A stretch of 61,762 nt of DNA, the filler included, from Circinaria calcarea (Eukaryota): NCBI GenBank assembly GCA_051942165.1. It is 5 parts of 5 records of this genome, joined end to end, with 100 filler letters (N's around TTAATTAATTAA, not from the genome) between each part and the next. Parts side by side here need not be neighbours in the genome. Positions count along the whole stretch, not along the records: positions 1 to 12,291 come from JAVECS010000586.1; 4 more parts are not named here. One strand, given 5' to 3'. The notes beneath the pieces are model-generated. The model worked only from the letters and a program-made list of their open reading frames with translations. It had not been told where the DNA came from and searched no databases. The translations under genes and the position numbers were made by a program. Numbering within the stretch: the first letter of the stretch is position 1; each line of letters opens with the position of its first letter. Positions 1 through 10,850 of this stretch are shown piece after piece.

Positions 1-340
1 ACAGCTACCCCCCCCTACCCAACAATGAAAAATCTTGGCCCGTCCAGTCTGCCGCAATAAGGAGGGGGAAACGAAGGAATTGCCAGTTGTTTTCTGGGAA
101 TTTCTTCAAGGTATATTCTAGAAAACGAAAGTTCGATATCGCAGAAGTACACCTCCCTGAAACCGGAGATATGGAAAAGAATTATTTTAAAAACAAATTC
201 AATCACAGTCAATCAACCCCCCCCCCACTTCTGCCTTGGATATAGACATATCGAAAAAGTTTCATCTCATTCCTTCATTACTCATAACTCCTACTTTCAA
301 TCCCCCCCAGGCCCCTTCCAACCCCAAACGAAAGGAAAAA

Positions 341-1633
341 CTAATCAAACTCCAACTCAGCAAACCCGTCTGCAATCGCCTCCACCATCCCGGCTCCAAT
401 TTCCGCCTTGGCCCCGAAACTAAGAACGCCCATACTCGAAGCCCGACTGAGCTCCTCCATCGGGTCCCCGTCCCCGCCCTCAGGCATTTCCACTTCCTTG
501 GGCAGTATCACCACCGGCTTCCACTTGAATTTGGCCACGAATTCTTTGCCCGCGCATGCCACCTTCACTTTCAGATGCGCGGCGTAGTGCCTGCAGATGG
601 AGTAGGAATTAAACGTCGGGATCAGTTTTGACTCGGCTAGGGTAACGTTGTGCATGGTACCGAGATCGAGAACTTCATCGCTCTTTAGAACCGTTGCGGT
701 CGTTGCCGTCTCGGAAATCAGCCGTTTGCTGAGTACGACACTGGAAGGCTCAACCGTGTAACCCCACCTTTTGAACATCGTTTGCCCCCGCACGTACGTA
801 TGCTCCTTTAAGCTATAGTCTACGCTTATGAGTCTGAACTCCGGCGGCGAAGGGGCGGTGGATACTGCCGAATCGAGTGTGAGGCAGACCTCCATTGGAA
901 CTGCTTGACCCTCTACTAGAGTCGTGGGCCCTCGAGCTGATAGGCTAAAGGACACGCTTGGTGCTTTGCTTGTGAATTTATCCGTGAACCACTCGTGAAG
1001 AGATCGTGACTGGGCCGCATGGTCTGGCAGAAGGCGCGATGTGGCATGCGTGAAGTTTTGGCAAAGAGTCGTCATCTGCGGGTCAGGATCATCTCCATCC
1101 GTTTGGGTCCTGCACTGAGTAACAGGTAGATTTCCCGATTTGCGCAAGGATCGAGAGAAGAGGGCACTGCGGCGCAACTCTGCGTGTAGCTCGTAGGACA
1201 CGGTGGCTTTGTAGCCCGCTGAATCTTTGTACCCGGACGCAGAGAAGGTCGGCGGCAAGGGATGCCGCCCTTTAGCATACGGCGCGTTCAAGTCCCTGCT
1301 GTAGACTATATCGGGGTTACCCCCCTCGGGTTCCGTGTAGAGAGGAAGCTGAAATGCGAATGGCCATGATGTAGATGCGCCTTCCTCAATCTTACAGGCT
1401 CCACTGAACAAGACTTTGACGACTTTGAAGAACTTGACTTTGTCGGGGTAATGTTGTGTGCCTTCACCAGCATGTTGCTTGATCAACGTCTGGCTCTTGC
1501 CCTTGAACTTAATCTTAACAACAGTGGCATTTTCGTCGATGGGGCCGGTGGCCACTACAATGCCCGATATCTGGTCCCCAGCGTGGAATATCCTGCTCTT
1601 TCGAACATGGTTGACTTTGATGTTGAGAGACAT
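341..1633 (-). CDS. Arrestin-N-like (alpha-arrestin-fold) protein, 430 aa, single exon
   Basis: Uninterrupted ORF with typical fungal arrestin-N strings: FHAGDQISGIV, IKFKGKSQT, WPFAFQLP, LPPTF, VSYELHAEL; C-terminal PTFNSYSICRHY. Confidence 0.7.
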   Translation of the reverse strand: MSLNIKVNHVRKSRIFHAGDQISGIVVATGPIDENATVVKIKFKGKSQTLIKQHAGEGTQHYPDKVKFFKVVKVLFSGACKIEEGASTSWPFAFQLPLYTEPEGGNPDIVYSRDLNAPYAKGRHPLPPTFSASGYKDSAGYKATVSYELHAELRRSALFSRSLRKSGNLPVTQCRTQTDGDDPDPQMTTLCQNFTHATSRLLPDHAAQSRSLHEWFTDKFTSKAPSVSFSLSARGPTTLVEGQAVPMEVCLTLDSAVSTAPSPPEFRLISVDYSLKEHTYVRGQTMFKRWGYTVEPSSVVLSKRLISETATTATVLKSDEVLDLGTMHNVTLAESKLIPTFNSYSICRHYAAHLKVKVACAGKEFVAKFKWKPVVILPKEVEMPEGGDGDPMEELSRASSMGVLSFGAKAEIGAGMVEAIADGFAELEFD

Positions 1634-2707
1634 GAAATGGGAATAATGCTAGTTCCGATACCTCAATAATGGGAATTAGAGGGACCTTGGGGTCAGCAAT
1701 CGTGATGGTATATATAACCTGTACAGTGTTAATCAGGTGATGGAGGTTGCTGCCTAGATGTTTGATAGAGTCAATCTTGCCAGGGGCTGTGTAGTAATAA
1801 GAGCCAAAAAAGTACACCGGTTGACATAGAGAAGTTCTCCTCTTCCACTTTTTCTCAAATACCAACGACGATTAACCCGGGGCCGAAGTAGAAAATCTTT
1901 CTTTCCTACGCAGCCCCTCTAGCTTACGAACATAAGGATGGACTAGTCTGTCCTTGGCTTGCCATAACGTTACCGTAAGGTAAATACTCCACCGGGTGAT
2001 GCTAAGGATCATTATCGAGTTCAGCCCGCGCTCCAACCTTTGAGCCTTACTCAGTGTAACACATCGCAGACCAGAACATATATCCAAGATGCCGAAAATG
2101 GGCGGTGCTCTCAGGCCAAGGCTCTTTGCTTACATTTTGTCATATGTCTGACACGTGTGACGTTTGACTATAATCCATTATTGTGTAGAAGATGGCGGAG
2201 TTCAGACGGCAGCCTTGGCTCCAGATGCGTGTGACACCCTGGTGGCTGCTTATTATAGCATATGGTAGGCACTCGAATTGCCGAAGTGCACGGGCTTCTT
2301 CTACCTGCACCATTTGCTTGGCGCTCTGACTAAAATTGGCTCTGTTCTCTCCTGAAAACGACAGCAATGGCAATTGATGATCCTACCGTGGGAATCGCAT
2401 AGTATGTGCGTTTCATTTAAAGCCGCTTTGAAGGTCTCGCAGATCCGTAGGGTACAAATCTATTTTCGATCTGCAAGCTACCTATTGCCCAAGTACACAC
2501 GCACCCATACAAACATAAGTAAATGCTGCCAGCAGATGTTCAGAAAACGATGACAGCCCGCTCTCTAACCCAGTCGAGAGTTTTTACATCACTATCGAGC
2601 TTAGAATAGAAGTCACTGTGAGCGGTGTAAGAGCACAGCAGTAGACCCTGGTGGAAGGGAACACAGTCAGCAAATATCACGCACCCTGAATTTGTCCCAA
2701 TCTCACC

Positions 2708-3465
2708 CTACCCGATTGTCCCCCTGCCTACCTCCCGGTTGTCAACAAAAATCACCCAAAATAAGCCGGGCCCCATCCCTTCTTCGACATCCCCTCCCAT
2801 AACGCCATCACCGCATCAGACAGCACCGACCACGAAGTCCTTCCTCCGTTCGTTTGCCACGTATGCAGCGCTATACCCCCATGTCCCGCCCAATTGAAAT
2901 TTCCGCCAGGTGCCGTGGGACCCGCTTGGACGACGTTGTGGTGGGGGGCTTCCATTGCGTCGTATAGAACGCCAGAAACTTCGGTGAGAAGAGCTGGGAT
3001 GGCAGCGCTGAAGAAACCGTGCAGGACGTGCGGGATTGTCACGAGGAGGTGAACGGGACTGTGAGGTGCGGGAAAGAAATCGGGGTGAGGGGCACTGCGA
3101 ATAGCGAGCGGACTGAGGTGCAAGGAGGGTTAGCTCTTAGGCTGAGTCTATAGAATAGGCGTAGAGCGGTTGAGAAAGGAGATGGTCGAAAATAGAACTT
3201 TTTCACATTCGTCATGTTTCCATTAACAACAGGCTGTCTTATAATTTCTCTTAGGCTCTGTGTTTGAACATGATCCTTACCTCTCAATCACGTCTCCTGT
3301 ATCCGCCATGGTCCTGCCGGTAGCGCGAGGTATATCATTCCCATTTTCAGTCACAGTAGTAAGAGTTGATTCCACAGTGTTCATGACTGGGACTGCTAGA
3401 GTAGAGGGGGAGAAAAATATGGAGAGAGCTAGAAGTATAGTGAAGAGAGTGGAAAGGGGTGACAT
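2708..3465 (-). CDS. Small secreted protein, 2 exons (3465-3281, 3112-2708), with one apparent frameshift near 2757
   Basis: Signal peptide MSPLSTLFTILLALSIFFSPSTLA. Intron GTAAGG(3280)...GCTAAC...CTCAG(3113) joins in phase (IES-PLAIR). The ORF stops at 2752, but a shifted frame continues VIFVDNREVGRGTIG* to 2708. Confidence 0.6.
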
Positions 3466-4551
3466 ATTGAGGATCCGGTCGGTTTCTGTTGTTGAAGATA
3501 TTGAAAGATAAAGTGCCGAAGAAGCTCGATTCAACTGATAAAGAAACAACCAGGAGAACACTGTATAACAGATGGCACAACATACATGCTGAAGTAGCGG
3601 GCCAGCCCTACTAAGATCAAAGCCGATCTCGACGAGAAGTCAGATCGCTTATATCAATGCACTGTTCGTATCACTGTTTCAGCCGACCAGCCGAGCCAGA
3701 ACAGACATATATCATGGCCGTGCGAGTCGGCCGAAATATCCAATAAACGGATAATTTTTTCCATCACTGGTTGCCGAAGCCGACCTTTGAACGAGTCGTT
3801 CCCATGCCCCAAACACTTTTGGCAATTCCTTTGCCAGCGAATGGACGGTAGTGTGGTTTGGGGATAAAGAGCGCCAAATTTTTATGATATCCTATGAATT
3901 TTACAGACCCGGTCGATCTCAAGAAGAGACGTGGTCCTCGTGCTTATTGGCGGCGAGTCAGATGTGCTTGAAGTTCGTAGCAATCTGTACAGATCGTGAG
4001 CAATTCCTCCGAGGCGTGTAAATAGTAAGAACAACATGAAAGTACCAGGGTTCTCTTGACGACATTCGCACCTTATGATGGAAAGTTTTTAGCTCTGTAC
4101 CATAACGCCTGTTGCAAACCGCCCAGAAGCGTACGGGAATGGGATGCGTCCAAGACAGGCCGGCATTATGAAAAGGTACCTATGAACGAATACGAAAACA
4201 TGCCAAGGTTATGTATTGGGTAACGGATAGCGTTGCCAACAGCGCTGTGGCAATGAACGACACGTTTAATATTGCGCAAGACCACCCACTCTGAAAAGTA
4301 GGTGAGGTGGAAGTCAATTTATAGAATACTTGGGAAGTATCATGCATATACAAGAACAACACTACCTCAACCGTACCATCCCCAGACGGTGGGATTACCT
4401 CATTGCCATTTTCATATGGACTTGAAACGCGCTGTCTCGTATATGACGACAGCAAGATCGCTTCCACTCATATTCATAGCTTAATATATTACAAACATGG
4501 TAGTTAGCTCAAGGTACAGCCGCCATTTTCCCACGACTCCAGTTCCAGACT

Positions 4552-6192
4552 CTAGCAGTGCCAAAATTTCCATCCTTCTCTTCTCTCTTGTAATCCTACA
4601 CCGACCAACTGCTCGACGCCTTCTCGCCCCTCTGCGTTGAGGAACTTCTCCTGGTCAATCTCCTCTCCACCCTCTTCGTCGGTGCCGTTCTGGAGCACCG
4701 CAGGCCAAAGAACACCTACACCATCTCCCCCAAGGGTAGTCTCGAACCGTTCAAATCCTTCCTCGTCTAATCTCGATTCCAACAGGCTAAGATCCTCTTT
4801 TTCGGTGTTCGCCTTCAATAAAGTAATAGCACAGCCACCACCACCTGCTCCAGTGAGCTTGGTCCAGCCAATGCCCACGAGGTCGACCAACTCGCGGATG
4901 CGCTCGAGCCGTGGATGTGAGACCCCGAGCGAGACGAGCAGTCCATGGTTTACGTTGATGAGCTCTCCCAGGATCTCGAGGGTTTGCTCATCTGGTCCAT
5001 CAGGACCTGAGCCTCTTACAAGCTCGTGAGCTGACTCAGTGATCTTATCAATAGTCTCTAATATTGAGTTTGTCACGACTGGATGCGACTTCTTCAACTT
5101 CCCCACCTTGGCGACCTCGATAGCAGTTGACCTTGCCTGCCGCGTGTTGACGAGGAGCAGTGGTAGCTCAGGGAAATTTCGTAAAGGCGTCACTGTCGGT
5201 GGTTTGGTATAGTCCTCTCGCTTGAAGATGACGGCTTTTCCTCCAGCGGAAACGGTATTGTCCACACCACTTGGATTCCCGTGTATGCACATTTCTCCGA
5301 CAAATGCCCATCTGTTGATTCGCTCTACCTGTAACTCCGATTCGAGTAGTGGCTGATCTGGATGTGGCCCCGCTAAAGCCCGGATTTGGAGGAGAAGTGC
5401 CGAGCTTAGACAGACGCTTATGCTCGCACTGCTGCCAAGCCCTGCTCCTATCGGTAAGGTTGAGCGAAGGGTGTAAATGCTGCCAGGAAACAGCTGCGAA
5501 CCCAACGAAAGGAAGAGGTATAGAAACCCGGATGCGGCCGCTTGGTGAATCTTTCGGACCTCGGGCGATGCCTTGGGTGAAATAGTTGCAATATGCGGCC
5601 GCATAGCTTCGACCAGGTCCTGGTCCAGAGACGTCACAAGATCATAGTAGTATTTTTTCTTCGAAGGGTGCGAAAAATTTGTCCAGGGCAGAGCGTCTAT
5701 TTCCCATGTATGATCAAGAGAAATATCGGGGAATCGTAGACTGATCGTGCGCCGAGACTTGGAAAGAGCTGTGACCAGAAGGTAAGAGCGCAGAGAAATA
5801 GAGGCAGCCATTGCGGCTTTTCCGTGTACCACCGCATGCTCTCCAAAGACTATTACTTTCCCAGGTGCCGATGTCATGAACGCCGGCAACATTGGGGAGG
5901 AGGACTTTCTGTCCAGGAAGCCGCGTGGATTAGATGTATATCCATTGCTTAATCCTCCTCTCTGACGGGAGCCATTGATTTGGACAGGCTTGATAGCCTG
6001 TTCGAGGGATATTTGAGAGCTATCCCGATGATCAAAATCCAGGTGTGAATGGGTTCTGCCATGAAAAGACGCACGCCGTCCATTCATGCTGGACTGACTG
6101 TGGGAAGCGGCCGTATTCTTATTTGCTTCATTGTCTTGAGCAGCGGCGCAAAGATCAATCGCATAATTTCTCTTCGCCACCGCCTCTGCCAT
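4552..6192 (-). CDS. ERG12: Mevalonate kinase (GHMP kinase)
   Basis: SAPGKVIVFGEHAVVHG, LPIGAGLGSSAS, HGNPSGVDN and KLTGAGGGGC motifs. The start is uncertain: the frame stays open upstream to a TTTCAG acceptor near 6228, so a short upstream exon is possible. Confidence 0.95.
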   Translation of the reverse strand: MAEAVAKRNYAIDLCAAAQDNEANKNTAASHSQSSMNGRRASFHGRTHSHLDFDHRDSSQISLEQAIKPVQINGSRQRGGLSNGYTSNPRGFLDRKSSSPMLPAFMTSAPGKVIVFGEHAVVHGKAAMAASISLRSYLLVTALSKSRRTISLRFPDISLDHTWEIDALPWTNFSHPSKKKYYYDLVTSLDQDLVEAMRPHIATISPKASPEVRKIHQAAASGFLYLFLSLGSQLFPGSIYTLRSTLPIGAGLGSSASISVCLSSALLLQIRALAGPHPDQPLLESELQVERINRWAFVGEMCIHGNPSGVDNTVSAGGKAVIFKREDYTKPPTVTPLRNFPELPLLLVNTRQARSTAIEVAKVGKLKKSHPVVTNSILETIDKITESAHELVRGSGPDGPDEQTLEILGELINVNHGLLVSLGVSHPRLERIRELVDLVGIGWTKLTGAGGGGCAITLLKANTEKEDLSLLESRLDEEGFERFETTLGGDGVGVLWPAVLQNGTDEEGGEEIDQEKFLNAEGREGVEQLVGVGLQERREGWKFWHC

Positions 6193-6506
6193 CACCGTTG
6201 CATGTCGTCGCCGAGCTGGCGCATTCTGAAATATAAGCTTACATTGTACAGCGAAGTGATGTAGAGACTGGACAAATCAGAGGCCGCTAGTAAGTAGCCT
6301 TGTCCCGTAACCCTGCACAATGAGAGGTACCTGACTACGCTCGATTGAGATCTAGCGAATATGCCACATATCCAGTCAGGATTGCAATATGTTGTCCTCT
6401 GATAAATATCAGTAACCAGTAGCTTGACAGGAAGAGGTACCTTTCGACCGACTTTTCGATTGTGGTCCTATGATCTAACCTTTGTTATCATTGTCTTACA
6501 ACCATC

Positions 6507-8041
6507 ATGGATCTTCTACAAGTTTGATCCCTTGAACCTGATAGACCTCCCGTACTGTTTTGCTGACATACTGGGACAGCGCCTTGCTCGTTTTCTCGAC
6601 AGACCCCTATTTCCCTGGAAGAAGCTGATAGTCGGGTTCTCCGTCGGCCAATACCTGTTCGAAGGCTTCCTCTCCCTCCGTCAATACAGAGTCTTACAGC
6701 AAAAAAAACCGCCAAAGGTACTTGAAAGTGAGGTCACGCAAGAGGTATTCGACAAGAGCCAAGCATACGGACGCGCAAAGGCACAATTTGGTTTCATCTC
6801 CGGCTTGTATGGCCAGGTACAAAACCTCGGTTTCATATATTATGACGTCCTACCAAAACTATGGGCTGTAACAGGATTATGGCTCACGAGATCCCTTCCA
6901 AAAGGATATACCGGCGAAATTGTGCACACTTTGGTTTTCTTCTTCACATTCAACATAATCACGACCATTCTAAATCTTCCGACATCATACTACAGCACAT
7001 TTGTCTTGGAGGAGAAATTTGGCTTCAACAAACAAACCGTCAAATTATGGATTACCGATATGCTCAAAGGCCAGGCGCTCATGATTGCGTTTGGGGCACC
7101 TCTCCTGAGCGCTTTCCTCGCTATCGTACAGAAGACTGGTAACGGCTTCTTCTACTATCTATGGCTGTTCGGAGTTGTAGTATCGGTGTTTATGATTTCC
7201 ATCTACCCTATTGCAATCTTGCCGCTCTTCAACAAACTATCACCTTTAGAAGAGGGTCCTTTGAAAAACGGAGTCGAAGGCTTGGCCAAGCGTTTGCATT
7301 TCCCTCTCAAGGAGCTGTACGTTATCGATGGGAGTAAAAGGAGCGCACACAGCAACGCATATTTCTACGGCCTTCCTTGGAAGAAACATATTGTTATTTA
7401 CGATACACTTATCGAAAAGAGCGAACCAGAAGAAGTGGTTGCTGTCTTAAGTCATGAGTTGGGACATTGGAGCCTAAGTCATACGACTCAGCTCTTCGGC
7501 ATCTCTCAGGTAAGCTCTCATTTTCATGTTCATACTTCTTTTGCTAACCGGGAATCCAGTTCCATATGCTGTATTTGTTCACCCTATTCTCAGTCTTCAT
7601 CAATAACCGTTCGCTATACCAATCATTTGGCTTCCACAAGGAGTTCCCAATCATCATTGGGTTTATTCTTTTTTCTGATGCCTTGGCACCTATGGATACC
7701 ATTGTGAAGCTTTTGATGAACATCTTGAGCAGAAAGTTTGAATTCCAAGCTGGTCAGTCTCCAAGTCGGTGTTGAAATGGCGGTGATGGCTAATTTTGAA
7801 TCTAGACGAATTTGCTGTGAAACTTGGGTACTCGAAAGAACTAGCAAAGTCTCTGATCAAGCTGCAGATACAGAATCTGAGTACCATGGACGCAGATTGG
7901 TTATATGCAAGCTATCACTTTTCACATCCAATTTTGCCCGAACGACTGGGAGCATTAGGATGGTACAGCGATGAGAAGGTGTCAACCGATGCAAAAGCGG
8001 ATAACGAGAAACCAGTTAAGGCTGCGGATCGAGAGCTATGA
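6507..8041 (+). CDS. STE24: CAAX prenyl protease 1 (M48 zinc metalloprotease); exons 6507-6521, 6580-7509, 7560-7752, 7806-8041
   Basis: FVLEEKFGFNKQT, DGSKRSAHSNAYFYG, HELGH zinc motif, EFQADEFA, SHPILPERL. Three canonical GT-AG introns in phase. C-terminus ADREL. Confidence 0.95.
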
Positions 8042-8180
8042 GGCATTGTGGTCCTTGCAGATTGGCAAGATTAGCATAGAAACCGACCTCACGCATCATT
8101 CTCAAGCTACATACTATATTATCTCGTGAATCACATATAGAGCTTTAGCTGACCAAGAGCAACGCATTCGCACCAAATAG

Positions 8181-8786
8181 TCACTCCTTTGATTGTTTCT
8201 CTCGGTCCTTCTGCTCGTCCCTTTGCTTTTGCTCCTTCCTCTTCTCATGTTTCCTTCGTTTCCTTTCTGCTTTATCCCCAGTAGTCAGAGCTTTCTCCAC
8301 ACGGGGCACGTTCAACACCTCTTTCGATCCTTGAACCACCGCCTGACTCCTCTCCCCAATCTCTCCCTCCGTGATTTCTTGTTCACGTTCGAACTCTCCC
8401 TTGTCCTGCCATCCTACTTCTCCATCAGCCCCTTGCCCATCTGGATCGACATCTTGGCCCTTGACTGATGCTGAATTGTTTCTGTTCAGTTCAACTTGTA
8501 AATCTGGCAGACCTTCACCGCCAAATTGCGCGAAAGAAAGGTCTGTGCCCAAGTGCTCCCCCTTTAAACCGGCTTCTACCCGCTTGAGATTGTGAAGCAC
8601 CAGGCCCATATTTGAACCTGAAGTTGCGGATACGGGCCCACTCTCGGTTAGCAGCGCATTGGGACGTAGCGAAGCGTCTGTGGTGGTGGCTTCAAGGTAT
8701 GCTGAGAGGAGAGCTAGAGCTTCAGATGGCGCAACCGGACGCGAGGAGTGGAAGATGTGCGGGGGATAGGAAAAGTAGGATGTCAT
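8181..8786 (-). CDS. Conserved fungal protein, probable RNA polymerase I A14 (Rpa14/Ker1)-like subunit
   Basis: PPHIFHSSRPVAPSEALALLSAYLE...LHNLKRVEAGLKG resembles the Rpa14 pattern (PVVIH...EVLQFLESFI...SQLKRIQRDFKG). K/R/E-rich tail as in Ker1. Family assignment is from recalled similarity. Confidence 0.55.
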   Translation of the reverse strand: MTSYFSYPPHIFHSSRPVAPSEALALLSAYLEATTTDASLRPNALLTESGPVSATSGSNMGLVLHNLKRVEAGLKGEHLGTDLSFAQFGGEGLPDLQVELNRNNSASVKGQDVDPDGQGADGEVGWQDKGEFEREQEITEGEIGERSQAVVQGSKEVLNVPRVEKALTTGDKAERKRRKHEKRKEQKQRDEQKDREKQSKE

Positions 8787-9006
8787 CTCATGTGGAATTA
8801 CACAGTATCTAATCACATGTGAAGTCCCATCTAGCGCGTGCAAAAGGAGTGTCTCCCTAATTGATCTCCCTGCGGCGCGAGAGTCTTCAATTGTAGAAGT
8901 TCATATGTCGGAACAAATCTGGGCCGACATCACTAGTGCGGATCAACTCAACTGTTTATCTACACCTCCATAGACTGGAGTACCATTATGATATACGTAC
9001 AACATC

Positions 9007-9475
9007 ATGCTGTGTCTCCGGATCATGCGCAATTTAGCAAGGACCTCGAGGTCAGGAGAAGTCCGGTCAGTGGCTAGACATGGATGCCCCGGGTTAATGA
9101 GGTATGTTGCAGAGATTTTACTGTTGTGTCAAATAAAGTGTAAGACTGAGCCTTTCTAGGACACTAGTCACTCGTACTTTGGTTCGCCCAGCTATATTAT
9201 CACATGTTCCCTCGATTACTCCTCAAAGTACTGCAACTTCGCCTGTTAGCCCTTCAGTTGTGACCTCTACGTTACCACTCGATCTCCTTCCGAAGATATC
9301 CTCACATCCGGCATTGGCAGCTTTACAAGTCCGTAATGGGCCACGGAATACCTACGATCCGAGTCACAGAGTACGGAAGCGGAGGTCTGGGTTTCTAGCC
9401 AGGAAGCGGACCAGAACAGGGAGGAATCTATTGCAGAGGAGGAAGACAAAACAGAGGAGTACATTGAGCCATTGA
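9007..9475 (+). CDS. Mitochondrial ribosomal protein bL34m; exons 9007-9101, 9160-9475
   Basis: C-terminal RNTYDPSHRVRKRRSGFLARKRTRTGRNLLQRRKTKQRSTLSH is the L34 signature. Arg/Ser-rich N-terminal presequence. GTATGT...CTAG intron in phase. Confidence 0.9.
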
Positions 9476-10850
9476 TGGAGGAAAGGCATTTGGCATTGAC
9501 TAATATCCATACTTTATAAAAAAAATGGTACATTGGAGCACCCTTTTCCTGGAGTTATGGTCTATCCTGAGAAGATTGAAGTCGCGGAGAGGTTTCCGGC
9601 CTCCATATGCACCAGTATGGCAACCATTTTCTTACCCGTACCGTACTCCCGCTCTCCTTTTAGCTGAAACGACTCTCATGACAGTCACTCGGGGCAGCTG
9701 TACTTAAGAGAGATACTAAGAAATCCTTGAATGCAGCCGCCCTGTTGCAGTGACGGTTACATCTTACCATAAGACCGAACAACCGTACGCCGGTATATAT
9801 GACTACCTGAAGTCGGTAGAACGTCAGTTTAGCCTATTGGGTACATCTATTCAACTTAGGGAGTATCTATTCCTTTGAACAGTTGAGACTGACTGTCGTG
9901 TTTCCACTATCCGAGCACTTTCAACTGAGAGCTACCTTTGTTGGCATAATTGCTCATCTGTTTTTCTATCCTTGAGATCCCATTAATCAAATGATGGATG
10001 CTGAGATCATCGCAATCCACTTTTCTAATAATATCTGTGACGAGAAACCCAGAATCATTGATCTTAGACGTTTGGGTGGGTGCAGTCATTGTACCCAATC
10101 GCATTTACCACAGTTTTCTTTTTATCGCTAGCATTGCTGCGAGAAGACCGTTGATAGATTACGACTCCACCTAGAATCCCCGTGGAATTTAGAAGTCAAC
10201 TTATGGCCATCCCCATACAGCAGAACTAGTGAAGCTACTTGTATACTATGATACCGGATCAACAACTGCAGAAGCTTACTTATCCAAGGTCAACTTCACA
10301 GTTGAGTCTGCACCATGCCCCATCAAACAACCACAATGACATTTGATGCTGTTGGTAGGGTAAGCATGGATGATTTCGGGACCGTCCCTACCCTGTCGAC
10401 CATACTCGCTCGGATTAAGGAGAACTCAGCGCCAGCGAAGAGGGATGGATGGTCCACAGGTTACTCCATAGGAGTTCAGATACTCCACCTATGTCAGGGG
10501 TAACTTGCGGCCCACGGATATGCCGTAATTGTCTTTGTGACACAAAGAATTACGGTTGATTGCACAAACAGTAAGTATACATTTTTCCACCTTAATAGCT
10601 ACGGAATATAGCCTGGGACATCTGCCTTGTAAGGTTAGGTCGTGAACGCAGCTTGGTGAACGCGAAAGAGCCTCAAATCTGCCGAGACTTATAAGCGAGC
10701 ATCCACAGTATCATCACCACAACAAACAAACCCTTCACCTCAGCTTATTCCCTTGATGCAAAGTCGTTAACGAGGTGAAAGGCTATCATCAGGGTCATTA
10801 CTCTCTAGTTTACATCCATCTCTGGAAGTCTAAGCGGTCATCTCGGAAAA

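Noticed and set aside
5870..6192. Long N-terminal extension on mevalonate kinase as a novel fusion
   Set aside because: Low-complexity, no domain motif; such extensions are, to my knowledge, usual in filamentous ascomycete Erg12.
9907..10104. 65-aa minus-strand ORF between bL34m and the CCCH gene
   Set aside because: No motif, splice support or recognisable similarity.
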